A stretch of 64,000 bases of DNA from an uncultured Nitrososphaeraceae archaeon (GTDB taxonomy: Archaea; Thermoproteota; Nitrososphaeria; Nitrososphaerales; Nitrososphaeraceae). This document shows positions 11,694-22,705 of this stretch, one piece after another. The translations under genes were made by a program, and so were the position numbers. The notes beneath the pieces were generated by a model. It worked only from the letters and a program-made list of their open reading frames with translations. It ran no database searches and was not told the DNA's origin. Each line of letters starts with the position of its first letter. Position 1 is the first letter of the stretch. The stretch is from assembly GCA_963825865.1 (NCBI GenBank), contig CAWGVG010000022.1:1-64000 (forward strand), in the 5' to 3' direction.

Positions 11694-12356
11694 TCAATCA
11701 TTTTTTGTATAGTAGGCAAGTAAGTGGAGTATCTTGCTCGCTTCTGCGTTATAGGAAATGATGTATACTTTATCACTTTTTACTGTCCAAACCAGCATTG
11801 TCTCGAATTTGAATGGTACATTGTCAGTTGGAGGCAAAAAAACTATTTTGTGAGCTGGATTACCTGCAAGAGTTGTTGGATTTGATTCTATAGTCTTTAC
11901 ACCCGGTTGCTTTAATGTGTTGTTAAGTACAGTATTAAATTTCTGTAATGTTATATGTTGTGAATAACCAGTTATTGACAGAGTCAGATGTTCAGGAAAT
12001 ATGTCTGAAATGTTTTCTAGTGGCGAATAGAATGCAATAACGTTTGTATAATCTCTAAGACCGCTTTTGGAAGCTGACCAATCAGACGGATATTGCATTT
12101 TTATTGAATAATCGGGATTCTGATATGTTCGGAAATTATTATTTGTCGTTGTTGTTATATGGTTAGTCTGAAAAGAGCGCGACATTGTGGTTGTAGTCGC
12201 GTTGTTTTGCAGTAATGCTGATCCTTTTGAGAGAGTAAGTGAAGTAAATGAAAGTGTCAGTAATCCTATTGTTAGGAGTTGGAACAAAACATATTTATTT
12301 TTATCATACATTCCAAGTACTCTTATTAGTTGGGTATTTAATTTTTCTAAAACCAA
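11694..12356 (-). CDS. Secreted PsbP/Mog1-like domain protein, C-terminal frameshift
   Basis: Signal anchor, Thr/Asn linker, YQNPDYSIKMQYPSDW, TTLAGNPAHKIV, KVYIISY. Confidence 0.75.
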   Translation of the reverse strand: MVLEKLNTQLIRVLGMYDKNKYVLFQLLTIGLLTLSFTSLTLSKGSALLQNNATTTTMSRSFQTNHITTTTNNNFRTYQNPDYSIKMQYPSDWSASKSGLRDYTNVIAFYSPLENISDIFPEHLTLSITGYSQHITLQKFNTVLNNTLKQPGVKTIESNPTTLAGNPAHKIVFLPPTDNVPFKFETMLVWTVKSDKVYIISYNAEASKILHLLAYYTKND

Positions 12357-12520
12357 ATTTTGTAGTATATTTGCATAATTTAGGTTATATTGTTAACGCT
12401 GCCTGTTGTTGCCCTTGTGAGTGTTCATCTTTAACCAACCTCAATCCTCAATTTGAGCTCACAACAGAACTACTATATAGAACGAAACTCTAACTGTTTA
12501 AAAAGAGGAATCTATTAGTT

Positions 12521-12721
12521 ATGGGGTTATTAACGTGGATAATCATTGGTGTTTTGATTTTGGCTATTATCGGTCTAGGGTGGCAGGTATTTGTTTCAGG
12601 AGTTTTCAAAGGTGCAGAGAAAATAATCGGCAGCAATCCAGAATTGAAAAATATAACACTAAAAGCTAAACAATATATTATTAATATCACCAAAAATGCA
12701 TCGCAAGTATTAAAACGATAA
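12521..12721 (+). CDS. Small membrane protein
   Basis: MGLLTWIIIGVLILAIIGLGWQVF single TM helix then amphipathic tail. Confidence 0.65.
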   Translation: MGLLTWIIIGVLILAIIGLGWQVFVSGVFKGAEKIIGSNPELKNITLKAKQYIINITKNASQVLKR

Positions 12722-12991
12722 TGCCTATTGATAAGAAACATGAGTTAATCGCAGAAGAGAAGAGCGAATGAACTCATCAAGTGACGATATGCCTCAGAAT
12801 AGTTCAGTTCAATTATCTTTTACCAAAGATAACAGGAATATTCACATACCATCCGTTTACTATGAAAGGGGCTAACTATCGGTATTGTAAACCCATATCT
12901 TCTAGAAAGTTTTTACCATTTCTTGGCCATAATTTGACAAGCTATATGAAGAATTAAATAATGAACAGTGAAATTTGCCTGTGTTTGTTTT

Positions 12992-13065
12992 GCCCTAGTA
13001 GCTCAGCGTGGTAGAGCGAAGGTTTCGTAAACCTTAGGCCGTGGGTCCAAATCCCACCTGGGGCT
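12992..13065 (+). tRNA. tRNA-Thr (anticodon CGT), intronless
   Basis: Acceptor GCCCTAG/CTGGGGC, D arm GCTC-AGCGTGGTA-GAGC, anticodon arm AAGGT-TTCGTAA-ACCTT, T arm GTGGG-TCCAAAT-CCCAC. Confidence 0.92.
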
Positions 13066-13096
13066 TGAATAGGTAGTAAAATATTACATTGGTATA

Positions 13097-13549
13097 GTGG
13101 CGGGGTTGTTTCTCTATAAGACGAACATTCTAAATATAAGTAAGCCATCAGATGGTTTGCGTTATGGATTGCTTGTTGGTGTAATAGTTTACCTGGTGCG
13201 GGCCATTCCAGTTGGGCAATTTATTTTAAATCCAGAATTTGGACGTGCCTTATCATCATTATCAACATCATCATCAAATACCACTACCAATAATTTTCAT
13301 AAAAATAATAATAATGACATTATAATCAATAAAGAAATACAAGACCAACAATATGCTAACCTAACTTTTTCAAATCCTCAATTGAAACGTATAATCAATG
13401 CTATTATTATGAATATGGTATTTGGGATTACTCTGGGATTGTTTTCATTATTTTTGTCTATAAAGCTTGGCGCAAGATATAGATGCCCCTGCTCTGCGAT
13501 ATATCTTTTTTACGTATTGATATTGAATGATGGCTTTTTGAAAGGATGA
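13097..13549 (+). pseudogene. Membrane protein fragment, possibly with a C-terminal Zn finger
   Basis: Hydrophobic helices, ends GARYRCP before a frameshift; no good start, begins directly after the tRNA. Confidence 0.4.
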
Positions 13550-14171
13550 AAGGCGATTCTATTGTAGACTAATAGTTTGGACTAGACAGATGAGCACAGA
13601 CCTTATAAGTTAAACAAGAATATGATACATAAGACCATGTATTATTATTCCTCTTTGTCTGTACCTTCGTATAGCTTTGTTAATATATTCTTATTACTTT
13701 CTAGCAACATGTTGAGTATCTCATCAGCGGTCATCTCCTCTTCTGGCAATTGTTATGGATGTTCTCTGAAAAATTCGAGCCAGGAGATCAATTTCTGGAA
13801 AATTACTTTTATTCCTAATTCCCCGTTCTAGCTTTTGTATAACAATATCATAGTATTTCTATAAAACAAAAATAATTTTTTGTGTTTTGGTAACTCATCA
13901 TTTTGTTCATTCTTAAATTTTTATTTCTAAATAATATTTTGAGAAGTATTATTCCATGTACTGGCTTTATTAAATACATCTGATTGCAGGCTTTTTAGTA
14001 CTCTGGGATTAGCTCCTACTTTTTGCAGTCTGCCTACACTATTTCCTTTGTAATCATAGAAGTGTGTTAATTAAAGCCAAATCATCCATGATATTTAATG
14101 AAGTGATTAAAATACATATGAATAAATAAATAAATACCATATTGATTCTATGTAATAGGATAATATTTTAG

Positions 14172-15448
14172 ATGGCTAGACCTCAAATTCAATGTCTATT
14201 AGCCTTAGTATTGCTCGTTACGATCTCAATTGGAATTAATACATCCATTTAGTTCTGTTATTGCTCAACCAGCAGTATTAAAAGATCCTAATCTAAAGGT
14301 GGAGTTAGTTGCTCAGGGATTACAACCTCCTACAAGCATGGCATTTTTGGGACCAAACGACATTTTGGTATTGGAGAAAGAAACTGGCACAGTACAGAGA
14401 ATTACAAATGGCAAAGTGCTTCCGCAACCCCTACTTCAAGTTCCTGTTTCAACAACAAATGAAAGGGGTATGCTTGGGATTGCTATTGCAAAGCATAATA
14501 ATGGTCCTACATACGTCTTCCTGTACTATACAAAACTTGGCGGGGGAACGCAATCACTTGCAAATGTTCTTTACAGATATGAATTAGTAAACAACCAACA
14601 ATTAGTCTAACCCTAAGCTTCTGCTAAATCTTCCAGCTATTCCTGGCACTAATCATAACGGTGGCAAAGTGGTGATTGGTCCGGACAATAACGTATATGC
14701 TGTTATTGGTGATCTCTAAAACTCACAGAACTCAAGCTCAAAATGTAGCCAATGGACCACCCGCTGATAGCACTGGCGGTATACTAAGAGTTACACAGGA
14801 CGGTCAACCTGTACCAAACTCTCCACTAGGGCAAGATACAGCTGCTCCTCTGAATCTGTATTATGCCTATGGAATACGCAACAGTTTTGGGATAGGCTTT
14901 GATCCTGTAAGCGGAAAACTATGGGATACTGAAAATGGTCCTAAATATGGAGATGAAGTTAATCTTGTTGAACCTGGATTTAATAGTGGATGGGTACAGG
15001 TAATGGGAATATGGACTCCAGAGGGAGCAATAGGAAAAGAGACTGCAGGACCAGTCAATTCTAATCCATCATCTAACTTGGTAGACTTTGGAGGAAAAGG
15101 AACATACAGACCTCCTGAATTCATATGGTTGAAACCAGTAGCTCCTACAGCCCTCAAGTTTTTTGATTCAGTAAAACTTGGCAAACAATACCAAAATGAT
15201 ATGTTTGTAGGAGATATCAAAAATGGCAATCTTTATCATTTTAAGCTGAACCAAGATAGAACAGGACTAGTTATTAACGACATACACTATCTAACAAGAT
15301 ATCCAATACACCACAGGATAGTCAACCATTAATATTCGCCAGTGGATTTGATGGTGGAATCACAGATTTACAAGTCGGACCTGAAGATGGCTATCTCTAT
15401 GTTCTTACATTTGCAGGTTCAATATACAGAATAATTCCATCTTCTTAA
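14172..15448 (+). CDS. PQQ-dependent glucose/sorbosone dehydrogenase family, frameshifted
   Basis: Signal peptide; PTSMAFLGPNDILVLEK, ERGMLGIA, HNGG, YAYGIRNSFGIGFDP, WDTENGP, GGITDLQVGPEDGYLYV. Confidence 0.9.
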
Positions 15449-15768
15449 TTCTCTTGATTATCCTTCTTGATCGATTCTTAACAAAACATACAGCGTTATG
15501 CGATAACCCTGATAGTACTTGAAGTATTTTTGTTACTCCTTCCTGTCTGCTCATACTGCACATATTTTGAGTTCAACCAAAATCTCATGACAAAAGATGA
15601 TAATAGATAATTAACTGCTGATAGCAGATGACAACAAGGCGATAGCAATTATACTGTAATGATTTGGATGCGCTATGTAGCCCATGGTTTCAAACCTTTC
15701 TCTCTGTTTTATATTTACCGCCGGTATGAAATCTGATAGTAGGATCAACGTACACTAAGATATACTTT

Positions 15769-15924
15769 CTAATCTTCTTTGAAGAAAGGTCTGAACTGAA
15801 CATCAAAACCTGGACAGTTATTTGCAAATTGCTTTATAGTGATCATTTTGCATATTTTATCTTGCAACTCGTGATGTTCGCTCAATTTCTTTTTACAGAT
15901 AGGGCATGTGGCTCCTCTATTCAT
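15769..15924 (-). CDS. Small Cys/His Zn-binding protein (about 51 aa) with one frameshift
   Basis: MNRGATCPICK..LSEHHELQDKICKMITIKQFANNCPGFDVQFRPFFKED after correcting one indel. Confidence 0.5.
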   Translation of the reverse strand: MNRGATCPICKKKLSEHHELQDKICKMITIKQFANNCPGFDVQFRPFFKED

Positions 15925-16481
15925 TTACAAGATAACAACAGCTAATCTAGGAAGTATATTATAAAAAGATTGAGTCAGTGTCACTAATTCTATCTTATGA
16001 CTGCAGAAAGCTGTTTTTGATACATATGTACACAATAATACAATAGTCCGCATTTGGCATATTGATTAATGCATGTCAAGCTAAGGATAGGTCTTTGCTG
16101 TATGAAAGTTATAGGACACAAATCAATATTCACCACAATGAATAAAAACATAGTATAACAATATTTTAGTGAATATCAAATGTCAAAAAAATAGACACGT
16201 ATTGGGAAATAACGATCTTTAGACATGTCATAAAATACTGTTTCATTCCGATGAATGAAAAATTACATTATTATTTACGATGACCTAAATCAACTACGTT
16301 GTAGGAAATTCTGATACAGGAATTTTATAATTATAGACTAAAGATGATGGTAAACTGTTTGCAGAGACAACACACTGCTCATATGAGTAAGCCACATCTA
16401 ATAGTTTTGAGAGTAATAAAAGCAGCTGATTTGATACAAGAAATTACTTATTTGTTTTATTTCTGTTATTTGATAAATTGC

Positions 16482-17019
16482 TCACAATATACCAGTGCAG
16501 CAGATAAGATAAGCAATTAAAGTTCCAGCATTTTGAATCCTTCGTCCTTTTATCATATTTTTTAATTCGTCGATGGAGACAATTTCAAGTCTTATAATGT
16601 CTTCTGTGCCATCATGGTTAGATTTATCTTCAATCAGAATCGTTTGCTCTAAAGATATGAACAAGCTGTCTTGATTTGCTAACTGATGGGTGATACGTAT
16701 ATATATATTGAATTTCGTTCGCAAGATAACCTGTCTCCTCGAGTAATTCTCTTTTAGCTGTTTTCTCAGCATATTCACCATTCTCTATGTGACCTGCAGG
16801 AAATTCAAGCAATACTTTACGTAATGGATACCTATATTGCCTTATCATTACTAAAGTATCTTCGTTAAGAAAAGGAACGATAACAACAACGTCTGAAGAT
16901 TTATACCACGTGTAGTGCATTATCTTTCCACTTCTTATTTCGACCTTATCTTGATACAATTCAATCCATGGATTTTGGAAAATGAGGTCGCTTTGTATTG
17001 TCTTCCAATCAGAGGTCAT
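16482..17019 (-). CDS. Nudix hydrolase (ADP-ribose pyrophosphatase-like), frameshifted
   Basis: IRQYRYP..LLEFPAGHIENGEYAEKTAKRELLEETGY Nudix box. Confidence 0.9.
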
Positions 17020-17809
17020 GTTATTATGCTCTATATTCTATAAAGCTGTTGTATTACCTCATTATTATTTATTTATTATGAATCTTTATCCAACATATAA
17101 GTATAAATCTAAACTGAAATGTAAGTATCATTATCTATCGCATACCAACAGATTTAGAGGAATCTGTTTTAGATGTAATTGCTGGAATTGAATTTTTGAC
17201 CAAAAAAGCGGGCTTTTGTAAGCGCTGTAGTCATCCAAGCAGCGGCATATTGTTAATTCAGAGAATATGGTGAAAAACATCAGTTACCCTTGATACTCAA
17301 AGATATGGTACATAAAGCATACCAGTTAAAAAAAAGGGAATTGTTCTATTCTGTTGATTCGTTGCAATGATGATAATGTATTGCCGCCGCATTGCTCTTG
17401 TATGTTTACGAAAAAAATAAACCAAAATGTTCGATAATCTTTGATAAAGCATAACATGGCCTTAGTGGAGTAACAGACAGTGTTCGAACAAGTACATGAT
17501 TGGCTTGTAGAAAATTTAACGCAGCAGTATTATCTTCTTTTATCTCCTTTGGTACTGACCTTCTCATTCGGGAAACTGGATAAGCAAAAACAACTATAAC
17601 AACAACAATATTGAATTTTACTTCATAAAACATAGAAACTTGATATATTAATGCATGTTTGCAGCTGCATGAATATGCGACAATAATTTCTTAAAATAAA
17701 TAAATAAGGGACTTTTGTATAAGTTTCTTATTCCTATGATCTTACCATTTTGTACTTTTGCTGCCAATACATGTTGGAATTGCAATTCTACTAACACTTT
17801 CAACTACGC

Positions 17810-17914
17810 TTACCAGTGTTCATGCAATGGCAAAAGAAATAGACTGCCTACAAGAACTATTCCTACGACCATACCTATCACGTAGATATTAGACCTAATT
17901 TTTTCCTTCCACAT
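17810..17914 (-). CDS. 34-aa single-TM micropeptide, copy A (MWKEKIRSNIYVIGMVVGIVLVGSLFLLPLHEHW)
   Basis: Below ORF-track cutoff; paralog at 42683-42787 with 27/34 identity and many synonymous changes. Confidence 0.75.
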   Translation of the reverse strand: MWKEKIRSNIYVIGMVVGIVLVGSLFLLPLHEHW

Positions 17915-18402
17915 ACGTTAAGTATCTTTACACATGTTTTTTTACTTAGGTCATTACAATTATGTGATTTATTAAAAGTGCTGCTTAGAGATATCTCAAG
18001 GTATACTTCATCATATGTATATTTATTTTTCATTCGGTAGAGCTAATTGTATTTAGTAAATGGCTAACGGACTATCATTTTACATTAGGATCATTTGCTG
18101 TGTTAAATATACTATGTAACTCAAATATAATATGAGAACGTTTGTAAACGTAAATAAAAAGTGGTAGATGTATTACTTCTAATGCTTTCTGTAAACTTAT
18201 CGTCGGATTGCATATTTTCTTAGATGTAAACTATCATCGAATGACGTTACGGTCTTAAACTTTTATTAAGATTTTGCAATTTAAAGTAGTAAGCAACTAT
18301 TCATCTATCCTCTCTGCATATCTACATATAAGGCAGCAGTTATGAAAAATCACAGATGCTTCTTACAACACTATTTTAATATTCATCAATATATCACGAA
18401 TA

Positions 18403-18555
18403 ATGTTTGAAAACATAACTTTAATCTTGTATTCGGTAACTGGTTTCGTCACCAGCTACCTTGCGCTTGAAGTAGCCTGGCACTTTACTGCATGTAAAAT
18501 TAAGTATAAATCAATAAAACCTTGTATGTTTAAACAAGTTGGCTTATTAAAATAA
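18403..18555 (+). CDS. 50-aa small membrane protein (MFENITLILYSVTGFVTSYLALEVAWHFTACKIKYKSIKPCMFKQVGLLK)
   Basis: ATG-to-TAA ORF with an N-terminal TM helix and a paired-Cys tail; below ORF-track cutoff. Confidence 0.55.
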   Translation: MFENITLILYSVTGFVTSYLALEVAWHFTACKIKYKSIKPCMFKQVGLLK

Positions 18556-18597
18556 AAACAAAGATAATAATAAAATATAGAATGATGGCCAGCAGTG

Positions 18598-18645
18598 AAA
18601 ACAAGTAGGGTGTTAGACTATAGTGCTAATTACGCAAGAGATCTA
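18598..18645 (+). mobile_element. Solo right end of the IS5/ISL2-type element found at 24690-25733
   Basis: AAAACAAGTAGGGTGTTAGACTATAG..CTAATTACGCAAGAGATCTA is nearly identical to 25686-25735. Confidence 0.9.
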
Positions 18646-18938
18646 ATGTAGATGCATTTACAGAATCTCACAAGGCATTACAACAATTTGCACAAGTAAA
18701 TCCTTCTTACTATGATTTGGTAGTTATGGATATCAGAACGCCTGGTCTTAATGGGCTTCAATTATATTACAGACTAAAGGCAATGAATCCAACCATCAAA
18801 GTGCTTTTTGTATCAGCTCTTGATGCAGCACAGGAAATGATAAGTATACTGCCTGGCGTGAAATTAGATGATGTTGTCAAAAAGCCGGTAAACCAAGAAC
18901 AGTTCCTTTACAAGGTAAAAACAGCACTCGCGCAATAA
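18645..18938 (+). pseudogene. Response regulator receiver, 5'-truncated at the IS end
   Basis: NVDAFT...YDLVVMDIRTPGLNG...VLFVSA...KKP starts right after the IS terminus; N-terminal acidic motif missing. Confidence 0.8.
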
Positions 18939-19159
18939 TAATATATTCATTTAAGCATCTTCTATGGAGCTCAAATGGTTCTGCTGTTGGTTTTATGAAA
19001 TTGATTAGACATCTGTAAAAAAGGTATGTCTAATATAAAAATACATTTGTCTCAATTCCTGTTATTTTGCAGATGTCTTATTCTCTACAGAAACAGCCAG
19101 AAATCATGAAATACAAGACTTTAATACAAACCATTACGATTAACTAATAAAAGAACAAA

Positions 19160-19891
19160 TTGTTTAAAAATCTATTCAAAAAGCTGGGACATATTTCACA
19201 AAAACTACCAGAAGAAAAATTCTTTTCAAATATTGTAGGGAATGATGATGTAAAGAAACTATTGATGCGTGCCATAGTTGCAAAAGATGGAGTAAGCTAC
19301 TGCCTGATCGGACCGCCAGCTTCGGCTAAATCAGCATTTTTACAGGAGATGGAAAAAGGTTTGGATGATGCTGTGTTCATTGATGGAACAGGTGCAAGCG
19401 GCAGAGGATTAGTTAACGTATTAGTTTCAAAACCAAACGTAAAATATTTGCTGATAGATGAAATTGATAAAATGACAAAAAGAGATGTTACTGTATTGTA
19501 TAACGTTTTAGAAACAGGACGGTTGCAAAGGAATAAAAAAGACCAGAAGGTTGACATGATGTTTCCAGGGCTAAGAGTATTTTCAACTTCAAATAGTAGG
19601 GAGAGAATGCCAAAGCCACTACAATCAAGAATTCAACCTTTAATCATGCATGAATATAGTTATGAAGAATTTGAACTGATCGCAATAAGTTTGCTGACTC
19701 AAAGATACAAACTACCAGAAACAACAGCGATAAAGATTGCATCTGGTGTGTGGACAAAACTAAAGAGCAAGGATATTAGAAGAGTGTTGACAATAGGAAG
19801 GGTTGCAAACCGAACAGATTCTGACAACGATATTGACTGGTTGATTGATACTCATGCAAAGCACATATTTGGGGAGACTGAATTTGATTAA
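19160..19891 (+). CDS. Stand-alone AAA+ ATPase (RuvB/MCM-like)
   Basis: IVGNDDVK, Walker A GPPASAKS, Walker B LLIDEIDK, sensor-1 STSN, Arg finger LQSR. Confidence 0.85.
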   Translation: MFKNLFKKLGHISQKLPEEKFFSNIVGNDDVKKLLMRAIVAKDGVSYCLIGPPASAKSAFLQEMEKGLDDAVFIDGTGASGRGLVNVLVSKPNVKYLLIDEIDKMTKRDVTVLYNVLETGRLQRNKKDQKVDMMFPGLRVFSTSNSRERMPKPLQSRIQPLIMHEYSYEEFELIAISLLTQRYKLPETTAIKIASGVWTKLKSKDIRRVLTIGRVANRTDSDNDIDWLIDTHAKHIFGETEFD

Positions 19892-20401
19892 AAAATACAA
19901 GGTTGTAAATATGTTTGAAGACCAGTGGAATTGTATAGCTGTCTACTTATCCCATAGGCTTGTCTTATAAGTGATAATGCATACGGTCTTTCGCTTTCTT
20001 GAGTTATGATTATCACTCCGAAATTACCCCTCATTGTCGCTTTTATTATTCTCGTGTGATCATTAAAATCAGAAATTTTAACTACAAAGTCTGCACGTAA
20101 CCTTGATTTTATAATATGAACCCTTGTAATGTTATGCCACGACTAAATGCAATGTATGTTTTTGTGGGTCGTATTGAACGTATTCTGAACCTAAATTCAA
20201 TATTACGTTTCAAAGTTCTGAATACAGATCTTTAATATTCTTTTCAGCTGATTTAACAAATCTTCTTCTGTGTACACATGTATTTCTTTGCTTACTTTTG
20301 GTAATGGTGGATAGAGATTCATTTTTATCTATAGGCCTCTATCGTCCATTATTATAAGATGAATTCCCACGTTCTTAAATCCAATAGGTATACTACTTTT
20401 G

Positions 20402-20953
20402 TTATCTTTTCTTCTCCTTCTTTGTTATGCTTAATCCTTTCTGAATTTGTGAAACCTGTTTTTGTAGTTGTTCTAGTTGAAATTGAAGTTGCTTTATTAC
20501 TAATTTTGGTTGTTTCTCTACCGATTTTATTTGTTTTTGAATAGCTTGAAGCATTTGCATTATTTTATTGATTTGAATACTTTGTTTCTCCAACTGTTTT
20601 GATACACCTGTTAAAGGCATTATTTCCTCTTCCCCTTCCCTTTTGTTTTTTTGACTTGTTTTGGAGGGTCGTTTCGTCTTTAATGATGTTTTAGGTTTTT
20701 TGACAGTTGCTAGCAATATCTCCTCTTTCTCTTTTTCATTTGCTGGAAGCACTTCCAGCTCCTGATCACCCTCAGCTACATCTACATGCTCCTCTTCTTT
20801 TTCAGATTGTTCTTGCAGATCCTCCCTTGTTGTTGCTGCTGTTGGTGAAGATTCTTCTTCTTCCAATCCTTATCTTACCTCTTCCTTCTCTTGTACTTCT
20901 TCTTCCTGTGATGATATTTCTAATTCATTTTCTTCTTCATTTTCATCTGACAT
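20402..20953 (-). CDS. Low-complexity acidic/basic coiled-coil hypothetical protein
   Basis: Glu-rich N-terminus, Lys-rich linker, Gln/Leu heptads; 5' end uncertain. Confidence 0.55.
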
Positions 20954-21232
20954 TTTCTATTCCTCTCTTTTTCGTTCCATTAACTTCTTTACATTGAGTG
21001 TTATCTTGTTTAAATATTGTTGTGGGTCGCAGAAATAATATTATCCACCTTACGAAGGTCCCTACTACAAAATTGACTCAAATTAAAAATTGTAAGTAAA
21101 AATAGAGAAACAAATGGATGGAACCCCTGCGTTTATGAGTTCCAATCACCATCATAATCTTTAGTAGAATCTGATCTTTTGTTCCCTCTCTTCCGAAAAT
21201 AATTAAATATACTTTATCTAATTATATCATAT

Positions 21233-22264
21233 CGCTCTTATTCAGTAAATGTTTCAGCTAGTTGTAACCAAGAACTTTCATGAATCTTTCCTTTCTGTTG
21301 TCTGTATCACTCCTGCTGTTGTGAATAAACTGGAAGGTCTTTGTATATGACTGCAGGTTGTGTTTGTTAACACCCATGAACTTTCTGATCCATATCTTGT
21401 AAAGGTTGCTTCTACATTCACAATTGTTTACGTGTACAACTCCTCTTGCATATTCTTTTTGAGAATGACATACTTGTTTATGTACAAATCCATATTCTTT
21501 CAACTTCCTATAACCCAGATATTCGTCTGTGTATACTTTACAATGACGATGTACGGATTTACAAATATTACTGATCAGAGATTGTTTGGTACGAACATCA
21601 AAATATGTCATTCCTCCTCCTACTCCTCTTCTCTGATGAATACATGTTATCATTGGATTTTCCTTTTCATAGGTACCTCTTCCTCTCCAAGGTTTCAATC
21701 CTCTATGTCGTGGTAGTCTTCCAGAATTTAATATCTCTAGGTGATATGGTCTACCTTTCAGACCAGCCTTAATGTAGAATTCATCTGCTTCAACTATCCC
21801 TCCAAGTTTAACACTACCTAATGCAGAAGAAGAAGAAGAAGAAGAAGAAGAAGTTAATCTTTTCATGACAGATCTGATAAATTTGTAACATCTGTAATAT
21901 GACACACGTACTTCCAATGATGTTTCATGTATGGAACATCCAGGCCACAGTACAAAGAATAGGTATAATGCTAGGAACCATGCTTTCAATGGTGTATGTG
22001 AATAGTGAAATATTGTACCTGTTTTATCGTTGAACCACCTTTTACATTCTTTGCAAAAGTACTTCTGATATGAACGATAATACCCATCTTTCTTCACTTG
22101 CAGAGAATTACAATGTGGGCAAACTGCAAAGCTATTCCATCTGACATTTCTAAGTACTTTAGCACACCATCCTTCATCAGGGAGAGATTCGGAAAGCGTG
22201 AACATGTGTTTTCTAAGTAGAGGTTAGCAATAAGGCCGGCTGAAACATTCTATCAATAAGAGCG
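21233..22264 (-). mobile_element. Complete IS1595-family insertion sequence
   Basis: 26-bp imperfect TIRs (21233-21258 and 22239-22264, 22/26 match); perfect 8-bp TSD TATCATAT at 21225-21232 and 22265-22272. Confidence 0.93.
21258..22205 (-). CDS. IS1595-family (ISXO2-like) transposase
   Basis: Zn ribbon CPHC...CKEC, KTGTIF, VEADEFY, VYTDEYLGY, VHVNNCE; intact 315-aa ORF. Confidence 0.92.
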   Translation of the reverse strand: MFTLSESLPDEGWCAKVLRNVRWNSFAVCPHCNSLQVKKDGYYRSYQKYFCKECKRWFNDKTGTIFHYSHTPLKAWFLALYLFFVLWPGCSIHETSLEVRVSYYRCYKFIRSVMKRLTSSSSSSSSSALGSVKLGGIVEADEFYIKAGLKGRPYHLEILNSGRLPRHRGLKPWRGRGTYEKENPMITCIHQRRGVGGGMTYFDVRTKQSLISNICKSVHRHCKVYTDEYLGYRKLKEYGFVHKQVCHSQKEYARGVVHVNNCECRSNLYKIWIRKFMGVNKHNLQSYTKTFQFIHNSRSDTDNRKERFMKVLGYN

Positions 22265-22384
22265 TATCATATTAATTAAAATTAAATCGAAAACAAACTA
22301 AATAAGAAGATATTGTTAAAAAATAAGGTCAGTCGCCGATTTTATCACAAACGACTGTTTTTTGTATCTACGTATTTATCGTCA

Positions 22385-22705
22385 CTACCAGATTAGCCGA
22401 CCGCCGCCATCGCCTTTGCCGCCGCCATCGCCTTTGCCGCGCCGCCGCTACTGCCGATACTGCCACTGCCAATGACGCCGCCTACAGCACTAGTCATGTT
22501 GGTCGCATTGACGCCGCCTGCAGCACCAGTCATGTTGGCCTTGCCGCCCTGCAGCACCAGTCATGTTAGCGGCCTTGCCGCCTGCAGCACCAGTCATATT
22601 GCCGCCCTGTGCAGCAGCAAAATTAGATGCTGCTATCAAATAAAGTGCTAGCATTGTTGCCAGTAATCCGACACCAATGACCGCAAAGTTTAGACTTTTG
22701 TTCAT
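22385..22705 (-). CDS. Secreted Gly/Ala-rich repeat protein, frameshifted
   Basis: Signal peptide then NMTGAAGG repeats and GGGKGD repeats; DNA repeats CTGCAGCACCAGTCAT and GCCGCCGCCATCGCCTTT. Confidence 0.65.

Noticed and set aside
19107-19118. GAAATACAAGAC match to the reverse complement of spacer 1 (also near 13333)
   Set aside because: A 12-bp AT-rich match that does not extend; compatible with chance
22390-22610. GC-rich tandem repeats as a CRISPR array or ncRNA
   Set aside because: They are codon repeats of a Gly/Ala-rich protein with no unique spacers
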